A stretch of DNA of 63,385 bases, filler included, from Klebsormidium nitens (taxonomy: Eukaryota; Plantae; Klebsormidiophyceae): assembly GCA_000708835.1 (NCBI GenBank). It is 7 parts of 6 records of this genome, joined end to end, with 100 filler letters (N's around TTAATTAATTAA, not from the genome) between each part and the next. Parts side by side here need not be neighbours in the genome. Positions count along the whole stretch, not along the records: positions 24,449 to 38,715 come from DF237243.1; positions 38,816 to 43,251 come from DF238503.1; positions 43,352 to 54,750 come from DF238125.1; 4 more parts are not named here. One strand, given 5' to 3'. This document shows, in pieces, positions 37,901 to 47,507 of this stretch (its first letter is position 1; the number at the start of each line of letters is the position of its first letter). The position numbers and the translations under genes were made by a program. A model generated the notes under the pieces. The model saw only the letters and a list, made by a program, of their open reading frames with translations. It did not search any database and was not told the origin of the DNA.

Positions 37901-38504
37901 GAGAAAAGGATGGACCAACTTCATTCCCTTTATAGCGAAAGAGAAACGCATCAATGCAAGGCCACCATCCGCGTGACTGTACGAACAAGGTTATGATTGA
38001 CTGCAGTGCACCAGACAATGTCCATTGGTCTTATAGAAATAAAAATGCTCTTCTTGGTACTCGTGGCAGGGCCAGCCCACCAGTCACCTTTACATCTTGC
38101 AGCGCAAAGCGTCCCAGCTTCTGTTCCGCCTCGGCCTGATAAGGCAATCCAGTCAAACCAGAAGCCATTTACCAGAACTCACCTCTTTCTGCAGCCTTGC
38201 CAAGCGAATATTCGAGGCCCTTCTTTGCTTTCTTCTTTCCACCGCCAGACAATTTGCAAGCACGGCTCCCTGCGGACATCCGAGCAGCCCCTGCCTTGGT
38301 CTTCAACTCCCTCGACTCCCGCCTCCGCCGCCTACGAGAAGCATGCTCCACATTGCACTCTGCGTTTACGGCCGCAATCCGCGCCTCCTGCTGCTCAGCG
38401 CTAATTGTAATCCTCTCCCTGTACTGAGCAGCACGCGCATACCGAGCTTCCTGACAGACTCTGTGGTCCGACTTGGACCGGCCATGAGGGCGGCCTCTAG
38501 CCAT
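31940..38504 (-). CDS. Header-family paralog 3 (9 exons, 1054 aa): header + 2A-like LLMIGGVERNPGP + Crinkler-type P-loop NTPase + restriction-endonuclease-like (PD..QxT) domain
   Basis: Exons 38504-38183, 37015-36872, 36737-36630, 36254-36139, 36001-35794, 35336-35262, 34783-34017, 33603-32520 and 32280-31940 sum to 3165 nt with every intron GT-AG and phase-matched. Motifs: GPAGFGKT (Walker A), LFCLDQ (Walker B), GLTQ|EE..GGV, FYPAMDMALL..|..VQMTL...H. Confidence 0.85.
36151..36177 (-). other. 2A/StopGo-like motif GGVERNPGP
   Basis: In frame in exon 36254-36139 (...HAATLLMIGGVERNPGPTTEE). Confidence 0.75.
37180..38075. repeat. Array of palindromic units CATGTACCAAGAAA-N~35-CTTGGTACA..GGACGGCCATGCC in intron 1 of paralog 3
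   Basis: Units start at 37256, 37363, 37464, 37575 and 37685 (period 101-111 bp), with degenerate flanking units. Confidence 0.9.
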
Positions 38505-38839
38505 GACGACACAATGGAAGGGACCAGCTGTCGTGACCCTACAAGGCCAGGTTGAATGTAATGACTAATCTGTCTCAACAAACATACGCATGCACCATTT
38601 CTGTGCGCTTGCCACTGCGCTGCGAATGCAACTCCTATCAGTGCGCACTCATGGAGAACTTTCAAGAGCAAGGAGTCCTTGGTCCACCTCGTTCAGACTG
38701 AGTCGCTCAATTCACNNNNNNNNNNNNNNNNNNNNNNNNNNNNNNNNNNNNNNNNNNNNTTAATTAATTAANNNNNNNNNNNNNNNNNNNNNNNNNNNNN
38801 NNNNNNNNNNNNNNNTTTTCTTTTTTGCAAATTAAAAAT

Positions 38840-39184
38840 TTATTTCTTTTCAATTGCGGCCGCCGCTCTTGCTGCCCTGCGGTCTTCACGGAGCTTTGCA
38901 GACCTCTCTTTGGCCTTTTGCTTCTTTTTCTCTCGGTATTCTGGGTCTGTCTTATATCGTTCGTTGCTCCGCTTATTGATATGGTCTCGCTCTTCCTTGC
39001 TGAGTCGATGAAAACGCTCGCGAGCGGCCGTCCGAACCTTATCAGCGTATTCAGTGTCTTCCTTGTATTTTTTGGATTGCCGTGTGATAGGGACGACCAT
39101 ATTCTGTTCGATTTTTTCCATATGCTGAGCGATTTGGGTCAACGCAAATTCTTTTATACTGGCGGTCAGTGCGTCGATGTCCAT
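38840..39184 (-). CDS. Small basic virus-type protein (ERYKTDPEYREKKK)
   Basis: 114-aa intronless ORF in AT-rich, compact context; the RY.TDPEYREK motif is typical of small proteins of Polinton-like and large DNA viruses. Confidence 0.7.
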   Translation of the reverse strand: MDIDALTASIKEFALTQIAQHMEKIEQNMVVPITRQSKKYKEDTEYADKVRTAARERFHRLSKEERDHINKRSNERYKTDPEYREKKKQKAKERSAKLREDRRAARAAAAIEKK

Positions 39185-39265
39185 TCTTACTACATATATT
39201 AGGAATTATTTCCTTAAGAGGTTTTATTTTTTTTGCAAAATTAAAAACTTTCGGCAGATAATCTT

Positions 39266-39509
39266 TCAAACCTCTGATTGTGCCGCCGCCATCCGTGCGG
39301 CTTTCTTCCTCTCGTTATACCCCCTCATGTAGATTCTGACCTTTTCTCTGTACTCTGGGTCAGTGTGGTATCTCTCGCGATTTCTAAGATCGACGTTGTT
39401 TTACACGCATCTCCTCGCGCTTCTCGTCAGACATGTTTTGATACAAGAATTTAGTACACAAAGCATGCATCGCTTTGTATTCTTCCATAGAACGTATTTC
39501 GTTCGACAT
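39266..39509 (-). pseudogene. Frameshifted tandem paralog of the DPEYREK protein
   Basis: MSNEIRSMEEYKAM...MRVKQRRS* continues in the +1 frame as NRERYHTDPEYREKVRIYMRGYNERKKAARMAAAQSEV*. Confidence 0.65.
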
Positions 39510-39584
39510 TTAGTTTTACTTGAGATAATCTACGCGGGAATCAAACCAGAAGTTTATATATCTTCCATATAGTAAAGACGAAGC

Positions 39585-40817
39585 ATGCCACCGAAACGTG
39601 CGAGTAAGAATGCAGGCAAGGTAATCAGTTTAGAAGACGTTTCAGAACCTTCGACGTCCGCGGCGGCGGTTCAGACCAGAAGCAAAGCAGCCGCACCTGC
39701 CCCTCAGCCAGCACCTCCATCCAAACCGAGGCGGGCAGCCAAAGGTAAGGGGAAAGAAAAGGAGAAGGTTGTGACGATTGAAGATACGACTCGTCAGATT
39801 GATGCAAACGCCAACTTAGCTCCCGAAACGCAATCAGATTATGTGCGCAAGACCAATTTTATCAGTCGCTGTCTCAACGAGAAGAACATTCAGAAGCTTG
39901 TAAATCAGCCAGACAAGGTGATTGAGTATATACGAAACAGGTACACGAACATGAATTCACGCACTGGTTATGCTACAGCGTTTTGCTCGCTTTTAAAACA
40001 TACAACTTTGCAGGTGACAGATGCGGTGCAACAGAAGTTCTTTGATTTCATGATGGAATCAGCGAATGCCGTTCAGGAAATTAACAAAGACAACGTGCAT
40101 AAGGTCGATGAAGTCATGCTGAACGGCAAACGAATTGTGTGGCGAGACATTCTCAATCTTGAGGCAAAGATGCGCAAAGAACAATATGCGAGCAAAGACC
40201 ATCTTTTGGTGGCACTTTTTTGCCTAGTCTCCCCACGACGTTTGCGCGATTATTGCAAGATGGATGTGTTCAAAAGCAAGGCGGAATATGACCGAGCGGG
40301 TGATGTCAACAAGATGTGGCTCGATACTCGAAACAAATGTGCCCACGATAGCATCTCTGATTTCAAAACTTTCAAAGATAAGGGAACCTACACTGCAAAA
40401 ATTACTGGAGTCCTATATCAAATTATCAAAACTAGTCTAGCGGAACACAAACGGCGTTGGTTATTTCAAAACACAAACGCCGAGCCCTATACAAGCGGAA
40501 CGTTCTCTAAGCTGCTGTCTGATACTCTAAAAGGAAACCTACACTGCAGCCTTTCTTTAAACAGTTTGCGTCACCTAAAAATTACAAGTTTCTTGGCTCA
40601 GAATCCGTCGTTGAGAGAGCGGGAACAGCTCGCTTGGGAGATGGGCTCGAGTGTTGCTATGCAAGCTGTGTACAATCAGCCTGACACCGAGGCCACCCGT
40701 GCAGCTCGAGCTGCAGAAAAGAATGTAAGGTTAGCTGAAATCAGAAAGCTTCGAGAACAGATTGATGCGAGTATAAAAAAGATTTCTCAGCTTAGTCAAG
40801 AGCTTGCTGAACTGTAG
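39585..40817 (+). CDS. Tyrosine recombinase/integrase of the PLV/virophage type
   Basis: SPRRLRDY (Arg), FKTFK (Lys), NSLRHLKIT (xxxRH), AWEMGSS (usually MGHS) and AVYN (Tyr); intronless, 410 aa. Confidence 0.85.
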   Translation: MPPKRASKNAGKVISLEDVSEPSTSAAAVQTRSKAAAPAPQPAPPSKPRRAAKGKGKEKEKVVTIEDTTRQIDANANLAPETQSDYVRKTNFISRCLNEKNIQKLVNQPDKVIEYIRNRYTNMNSRTGYATAFCSLLKHTTLQVTDAVQQKFFDFMMESANAVQEINKDNVHKVDEVMLNGKRIVWRDILNLEAKMRKEQYASKDHLLVALFCLVSPRRLRDYCKMDVFKSKAEYDRAGDVNKMWLDTRNKCAHDSISDFKTFKDKGTYTAKITGVLYQIIKTSLAEHKRRWLFQNTNAEPYTSGTFSKLLSDTLKGNLHCSLSLNSLRHLKITSFLAQNPSLREREQLAWEMGSSVAMQAVYNQPDTEATRAARAAEKNVRLAEIRKLREQIDASIKKISQLSQELAEL

Positions 40818-41508
40818 ATATTTCTTTGTGCACTGTCTTAACATGACGATGAATGCTATTTTTTCTCATTTCTTTGTTACAAAGCAGACACTTTGCTTTG
40901 GACTTGTTTCTCGCAGACACTTTTTCTTTTGTGCTTTCTCTGTAAAGTTTGCTAACCTCAGAATGGTGATCTTTATTCTCAGCATAGTACTTCTTCTTAC
41001 TTTCGAGGTTTCTTGCATACCTTTCTTTTTGTGCCTCAGTTGCTGAATCGTGATGAAATTTCGCCATGTGCTTGAAGAAATAGGCAGCTTTAACCACAAC
41101 AGAACAATGTTCACAATCCACCTCCTTCTGCTGTGACCGGACTGTCCTTTCATTGCACAGCTCCCGGTTTTCCTGACGGTACCTTCCAGCATACTCTTGC
41201 TTATCCATCTGAGGAAACCTTGAATTCAGAGTTGGCTTCAGACTTTCATACCAATACCTTTCACGCTTGACCAACTCTTCTACAGTATTACAAGGATATG
41301 TCTCGATTAGAATGATCCTCACATTCTGCCAGCCAATCGCATTAAAGTGCTGATATACTAGTCTGCCCATCTCCTTGGGGTTGTTTGACTTGCAAACATG
41401 CTGAGTTTTTCTCTGACAGAGTTTCTGAATGGTGGAGCCAACATAGAACTGCTCGTCATGGTCAGAAACAAGCTTGTAGATCTTCCCATTGGCATAATTC
41501 AAAACCAT
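40792..41508 (-). CDS. GIY-YIG endonuclease with two C-terminal C2H2-like fingers
   Basis: GKIYKL..FYVGST..L.QR...H, ILIETYPCNT.EEL.KRERYW..LN; CEHC..H...H and CLLC..H...H. Confidence 0.9.
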   Translation of the reverse strand: MVLNYANGKIYKLVSDHDEQFYVGSTIQKLCQRKTQHVCKSNNPKEMGRLVYQHFNAIGWQNVRIILIETYPCNTVEELVKRERYWYESLKPTLNSRFPQMDKQEYAGRYRQENRELCNERTVRSQQKEVDCEHCSVVVKAAYFFKHMAKFHHDSATEAQKERYARNLESKKKYYAENKDHHSEVSKLYRESTKEKVSARNKSKAKCLLCNKEMRKNSIHRHVKTVHKEISTVQQALD

Positions 41509-41683
41509 TGTGTTGTATTATACTGTATTCTGTTGCGTTCTCTTTAAGTGCTAACAACTTACCAAAAAGCTTGTCTGCAAGCCTGGTCCAAGCACATTTT
41601 GGCCACTTGACCAGGCTCGATTTCAATATCAGATTCTACAACTGAAGTTTCAAACTGCATGGACAACAAAATAAGCGACTCAC

Positions 41684-42109
41684 CTATATCTCACTCAGGT
41701 AATTCTCCAGAGCTCGTTGCATCCGCTCGAGTTCTGCATTCCCTGCAGCACCTGCTGGTAAGGCACCTGGTGGTGAGGCGTACACTGCTCCTGACAGCTC
41801 GTCACTGACCCCATAGAAATTGAGCAGGTATGCCAGCCGAACATGATTCGCAAGTCGCACCCCCGCAGCCCCGTTCCGCAGATGACTCAGCTCATCAACA
41901 CTCCTTGGGAATTGACCAGGTGCAGGCATGTTGCCCGCTGGATCAGACACTGAAAGGAGGGATCCTGTCCGACGTCCAATCGATTGATGATTGTGGCTCT
42001 TTGCCTGCTGGCGCTCGATGTTCTGTAGAATTGGAGCCATGGCATTGTTCACAACTGCTGCCAGACCAGTGTCAGGATCCGCCAAGGCTTCATTGACAGA
42101 GTTTGCCAC
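41684..42109 (-). CDS. Hypothetical protein, possibly Mug135-C-like
   Basis: FPRSVDELSHL...LAYLLNFYGV resembles the FP.T..L..L...LL.FYG pattern. Confidence 0.45.
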   Translation of the reverse strand: MANSVNEALADPDTGLAAVVNNAMAPILQNIERQQAKSHNHQSIGRRTGSLLSVSDPAGNMPAPGQFPRSVDELSHLRNGAAGVRLANHVRLAYLLNFYGVSDELSGAVYASPPGALPAGAAGNAELERMQRALENYLSEI

Positions 42110-42904
42110 TGCTTGATCCAGAACTCCACGAAACCCTGGATAGAAGCAACAACGGCGTCGTTAGTTGTGCTGTACATCCTTTCCTCAGAACTTCGGGCTT
42201 CAACTTTCAGACCACCAGCGTGAGGTCATAAAAATAGGCTGGAGCTCTCAAGCTATCCTTTTGGAACATGAGAATGAAAGCTTTCATCGTACCTGCTGGC
42301 ATGTGCAGGCTTCGATTGATTGCAAGATAGACTGCTTGAACAAACTCCTCTCCAATCGAGCTATCTGTTACATTAGTGCCCCCCAGATCTGCAGAACGGA
42401 ATGCATTGTCAATACCGAGTTTTGTTCAGGGGAAAATGCAGATTCTCAAAAATTTCTGGGAAGATTTGAACAGACATCAGAGTTCTCCTTACAATTACCC
42501 CAGCCACATCTTGCATCGCGACACATGCGCCAACTTACCGCGCCGTGCCCCAAGCTTTCTGGAGTAGTCAAACTGCCGGCCAACCGCAGCAGGCGTAGGA
42601 CTCAGAGGGTTTGCTGGCTCATTGGGTTCCACCAGCGCAGGCAACGCCCACGATCAGCAACCATTGTATGGTCTATCGACCTACTTTTGACACCCTTCTG
42701 TCTATTAAGAGTAAACTGTGGCTTGTGTGTATGGTGCAGAACTCGTAAGCGCGTTTTGTAATTCTACGCTAAGAAGATCTCCCTCCTTCTCTTGTGATAT
42801 CCAGATTTCGAATAATGAGATCTTCGTGAAGACGCGATGCAGTCATCAGTGAAGACCGAGGGTTTACTAAGTGCAGGTTTAGTGCAGACCCAGTAAAGAC
42901 CGCG

Positions 42905-43155
42905 TGAAGATCTAGTGTAGGGTTTGCGCGGATCGTGTAGGGTTTTATTTTGATTTTTTGAAACCCTACATTTTTTACTTTTATATCATACGACACTGAC
43001 TTCAGTGTCAATTTTAAACTTTTTTTCTTTTTCCACTATATACTGAATGTATGGTATGTAGGGTATGTAGGGTTATTCTCTATCTCATAAGGGGACAGAG
43101 TCAAAATGAATATAAAGGAGTAAAAACATACCCTACACCCTGCAACCCTACACGG
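42905..43155. repeat. Two inverted clusters of TGTAGGGT / ACCCTACA octamers (origin-like)
   Basis: tgtagggt near 42912, 42936, 43057 and 43066; accctaca near 42963, 43130 and 43145. Confidence 0.75.
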
Positions 43156-43377
43156 GCTTTGTTTGGCATTTTCTAACGCGAGCGCGCGCGAGTCTTGCGG
43201 AGACCTTGTGCAGACAATGGTAATGGTTGCGGTCGGCAGATACCATTACCGNNNNNNNNNNNNNNNNNNNNNNNNNNNNNNNNNNNNNNNNNNNNTTAAT
43301 TAATTAANNNNNNNNNNNNNNNNNNNNNNNNNNNNNNNNNNNNNNNNNNNNAGGCTTAACCAATCGTAATCGTTACA

Positions 43378-45949
43378 CTTGGGCTACTTCCGGCGCATGT
43401 CCCTGCTCAGTGACTTCTTTAACAAGAAGCTTGTCCTGCCAACCCGCCTCTTGGATTTGCTTGGAGTGACCTACTATACTGCAACCCAGTTACCCGGCTG
43501 GTTTGTCATCACAACGGGTTTCCACCAGGCAAGCCCACTTGCTCTCCTCTCTTCTTGATGGTCCTTAACCTGTCCAAACTCGACAGACAGCATTGTCCAG
43601 AACCGGTGCAGGTCTTCAGCAAGCTCAACATTTAGCTTTTTGATAAAGAGCATTGTTGGCATGCCATTCTGAGCATCTCTAGGGAATTGGGGTTTCCCAA
43701 CACACTCAGCGACAACAAGCTTCTGGAGTATGCTTTTGCTTTCTAACAAAAAGCGTGCTCTAAATGCACTTCGTCCTGACAGCTCTATTGGAATTTAGCA
43801 TGCATTAACAGTATGCCTTTGATTTCTGGAAGCGGCGAAGGCCTCGCATTGTGGTTGCTCTGTTGCATCCAGCAACCTCAGCAATAGCTTTTTTTCAGGA
43901 CAGAGAGCACCTTCTGCTTTGACAAGGCCTTGCATTGGTTGCTCTGTTGCATACAGCATGCTCTCAGCACATCCAGCTTTGTTTTTCGAGTACAGATTGC
44001 AGTGTCTGCTTCATTCCCACCATTCTGAGGGGAAAAAAGGATGCATCCAGAGTTCCAATTACATTCGTGAAATCTCTGCACAATCTGTTGATGCTGTCTT
44101 TCGCATGTGCAGGTGCGGAACTCGGGGTTCAACAAGGCCTATGCTGTCAATTTCCCAGTTCCAAGGTCTCTTGCCCGGTACCTTACAGCCGCTGACCAAC
44201 TGCGCCAGCTCACATTGCAAGATCCCAAAGTGGCCCGTGACCAGGTGCCCGTCCTCAAGCTTGCGCTCGACTTCCTTGATTCCGAGCAGAAGCGTACTGG
44301 GGTCTGCTCGCATGCCGTGGAGTGCCTGTGGAAGCTTCTCGGGGACATCGACAAAACACTGCACGAAAACAGCCTTCGAACGTCCTTCCCATCCAATGAC
44401 GAGTCTGCCAACCGCTACCCTCCCAAAGAAAGGGGCTCAAGGTACACCAACTGGTGGAACTCGGTGGGGCTGCAAGCACCATGCCTGATCTGCGGAGCTG
44501 ACACGTGCTTTGCTGCTGTCAAGCTCGAGGGCTCGAACGTGGGGTGCCTCAATTGTCTCGAGGACGGCTTTCTAGAGCACGAGGAAAAGGCGGAGATCCT
44601 GGTCTACCCAGAGCTTGAGCGGCTCAGAAAAGCCCTTCAGCTCGTGCACCCTTCACCCTGCGAAAGCTGTTGCCGGGAAGGGCTCGGAGCGTCCGAGGAG
44701 GAGCTGGCAGAGTTAAGGAAGGAAGAAGCCCAGGGGAACCTGGTCTACCGGGATTGTCTAGAGGAGCGGGGTTTTACAGGAGTCCTCAAACTCTCTGCGG
44801 ATGGCAAGCTGACGGTTGGTACACGGGAGGTCACCAAGGAGCTGGCAGAACGGGTGTATGTAGCCGGTGCAGGGGCTGCGGCAGAACGTGCTGAGGCTCA
44901 GGGATTGCTGCCCTTTCGAGGGTTGGTGCCACCACCTGTCTTCAAGCTGTTCCATGGACGAGAACCTGAGCTCGAGAAGCTGCTTGCGGAAAAGCGGAGG
45001 GGGTCGCGGGACACTAAACAGGCTGCAGCGGATCTCCTCAACCTTCACCACACTAGCCCCTCGACATCCGGCGTCCCTGCTCCGCCTGCTACGCCCTCCA
45101 CTCGAACTAGCCCTCCTGTTTCTTCCCCCCCTACAGTCTCCAGCTCTTCTGCATGGCTCCCTCCAGGCGCTCCCGTATTGTTCCCTGCTGTCGAACCCAC
45201 TTCCAGCCCATCCGGTCCGGTTCTGCATGCTGACTCCCTTCCCAGCCCTTGCCCGGTCCTTCCCACTCAACAAGCTCCAAGCTCTCCAGGTTTGTTTCCC
45301 CTTTCTTTCCTGACAAGCATGGCAGTTTTTGATACATGGCTTTTAGCATGGCTTTATGAGCTTGGAGAATGGTGCTAATTGTTTGCACGGTGTTCACGTT
45401 TTCAAACTTTTGAATGCTCATTCTGTAACACCATCTGCTGCAACAGGCAGCCCGACAGCTTCGGTGCCAGTTGCCACGTCTCCCATGGGGCTTCCCTCGC
45501 AAGATCCAGGCGATCGATACGCCAAGCGCCAGAAGCTACCCACTCTGGTAAAATATCCTTTCGGTCTGCCCATCTACATGTATTTAAGCCTTCTAGTTTA
45601 AGATTGTTCCTACTGCCATGCGTTGCCACTTTGTTCTGTCACATGTCTTTATTGATGTATTCGCAGAGTTTGATAAGAATGTATCTTTGCAATGTAGGTG
45701 TGGCTAGACGACGCCCCTGCCAAGTACGATGCAATATGGAGCAAATTAGGGATCAACAGTCCTGTCCTAGATAGTGCAACAGGAAGGGCTGATCGATGGT
45801 GTTTCCAGGTTCCGGTTGCTAATAAGAGCCGGCGGTCTGTGAAGAGTACAAATTTCTGGACCGCAGTGGAGAAAGCATGTGAAGTAGCAGGAACAGTAGT
45901 GCCAGAGGACATGCGTTCAGCGAACGTAAACGATGTTATCGAAGTGTAG
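43378..45949 (+). CDS. JmjC-domain + C5HC2-like zinc-finger protein (KDM5/JARID-like), 5'-truncated by the contig end
   Basis: Exon to 43528 (...GVTYYTATQLPGWFVITTGFHQ) splices via a GC-AG intron (43529-44112) to VRNSGFNKAYAVNF, matching the JmjC C-terminal Q.PGEFV.T...H...N.GFN.A.AVNF motif; then CLICGADTCFAAV..GCLNC. Further exons 44113-45289, 45447-45547 and 45698-45949. Confidence 0.75.
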
Positions 45950-46092
45950 ATCCCCCCTGCTTGATCCCCCCTGCTTGATTGCTTGATCCCCTCTGCTTGA
46001 TCCCCCCTGCTTGATCCCCTCTGCTTGATCCCCCCTGCTTGATCCCCTCTGCTTGATCCCCCCTGCTTGATCCCCCCTGCTTGATCCCCCCA
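45949..46092 (+). repeat. 14-bp minisatellite GATCCCC(C/T)CTGCTT, 9 full + 2 partial units
   Basis: Starts on the last base of the JmjC-gene stop codon. Confidence 0.95.
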
Positions 46093-46203
46093 GAACCCCA
46101 AAACCCTAAACCCTAAAACCCTGAAACCCTAAGTTCCCAACCCAGGAAACCCTAAACCCTGAAAAACCTCAAACCCTAAATTTCAAAATTTCGTAAACCC
46201 TAA
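46093..46203 (+). repeat. Degenerate telomere-like (AAACCCT)n tract
   Basis: About 9-10 units of aaaccct(a/g). Confidence 0.75.
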
Positions 46204-47507
46204 CTCCCATTTTCTTTCTTTTTCAAATTTCCGTGTCACGATTATCGCTCATTTACTGATAATAACAACTGTCGATCATCCCTCTGGTGAAATAGAGGAC
46301 TACCTTGCATACATATTTGATGACATTTCTTGGATGTCTCGGCAGTGCATGTGTGTTGTGATTCAAACCTGCGCGGAAGGTTGTAAATGCATTTCTCATC
46401 GTCTGCTTGCTGAGCTAGCTCTCAAAATAATCAATCGACAAGCACGTCATGTAAACACCCTAACAACTTAAAACCCTATCCGGACATCCCGACAAGTCCC
46501 ATATCACTTCATGTACATGTTTTGAGGCTGCTCTGGCTCCCACTCCGCTGCGTCCGTTCGGGGAAGGGTCGATGGGATATCGTACCCTCCAGGCAGCGGT
46601 GCGGCCTTCTATCGCAACTTGTCAGATCCAGTCCACTCGGCGAATGGTCTACCGTAGCCTCTCCCATGAGCTTTGCACATCTCTCCAGAGACACGACCGA
46701 ATCGTCGCAACCCACGGCTACATCTCTCTTGAGACGCGTGGAAGATCTAAGCCACCAGCGCTGCTTGCATGGCATTTACCGCCTTGCGTACGGTGCGACA
46801 ACCAGGCCGTCACGATCTCGCCGGCCGTGTCGCCCACGAAAGGAGGGAGCCTCAGCTCCACGCTGACAACTGAGCCCGTTCCTGGAGCGTCTTCCTATTG
46901 ATCTTCGTGCGCACGTCCCGCAGGTTTCCCGGCGTATCCCTCAGCGCCCCGCACAAGGCCGGTAGAGGACTCCCTCCGCCGCTATCAGCCTCTTCGCTTG
47001 GACATTCGTTCTGGGAAGAGCAACATCCTGTCCGGGTTGAGAAGATTTCGGCCGTTCTCCTCCCTTACATCTCGTCGTCCGACTCGTCGTCCAAGACCAC
47101 CACGGCGCACGCAAGGGCGCCTATCATCGAACTGTAGCAAGCCGTTGCGAAGACCACCAGAGCATCGAACAAGACGGGCATGCTCAGTAGCAGTATGACT
47201 GTGCAATACATATTAATCTTCTGACTAGAAGATGCGCTAGGAAGCATTGAGTGCAAATGGCAGGGTCGGTGTCCCTAATGACCCCTCACAGAAGCTTCGG
47301 GATGTTGACGTGGCAGTTCGGAGAGAATATTCCTTGGTCGGGCACTCGCGGGTTCGGTATTCCACTACATGCCAATAATGTCAATCACATTTCGTTCGTG
47401 TTCACTGTACGTGGTCATGCTGTCATCTGACGATAAATAGCAAACACAGTGGGCCTACAAAGTCGGGTTTGCAGATGAGTCGATTGTTCTCAGCGAGGAT
47501 CTCTCGG

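Noticed and set aside
37180-38075. Palindromic array as a CRISPR array
   Set aside because: Units are degenerate, about 105 bp, with related rather than unique spacers; they lie in a eukaryotic intron and there are no cas genes.
29355-38075. Palindromic units as integron attC sites served by the tyrosine recombinase
   Set aside because: No cassette ORFs lie between units, no RYYYAAC/GTTRRRY cores were seen, and the recombinase is on a different contig across a synthetic linker.
42769-43011. 80-aa ORF as a minor capsid fragment
   Set aside because: No recognisable motif; it overlaps the octamer array and is probably a chance frame.
45649-46101. 150-aa minus-strand ORF with GDQAGGIKQ repeats
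   Set aside because: It is the translation of the 14-bp minisatellite, antisense to the JmjC gene's last exon.
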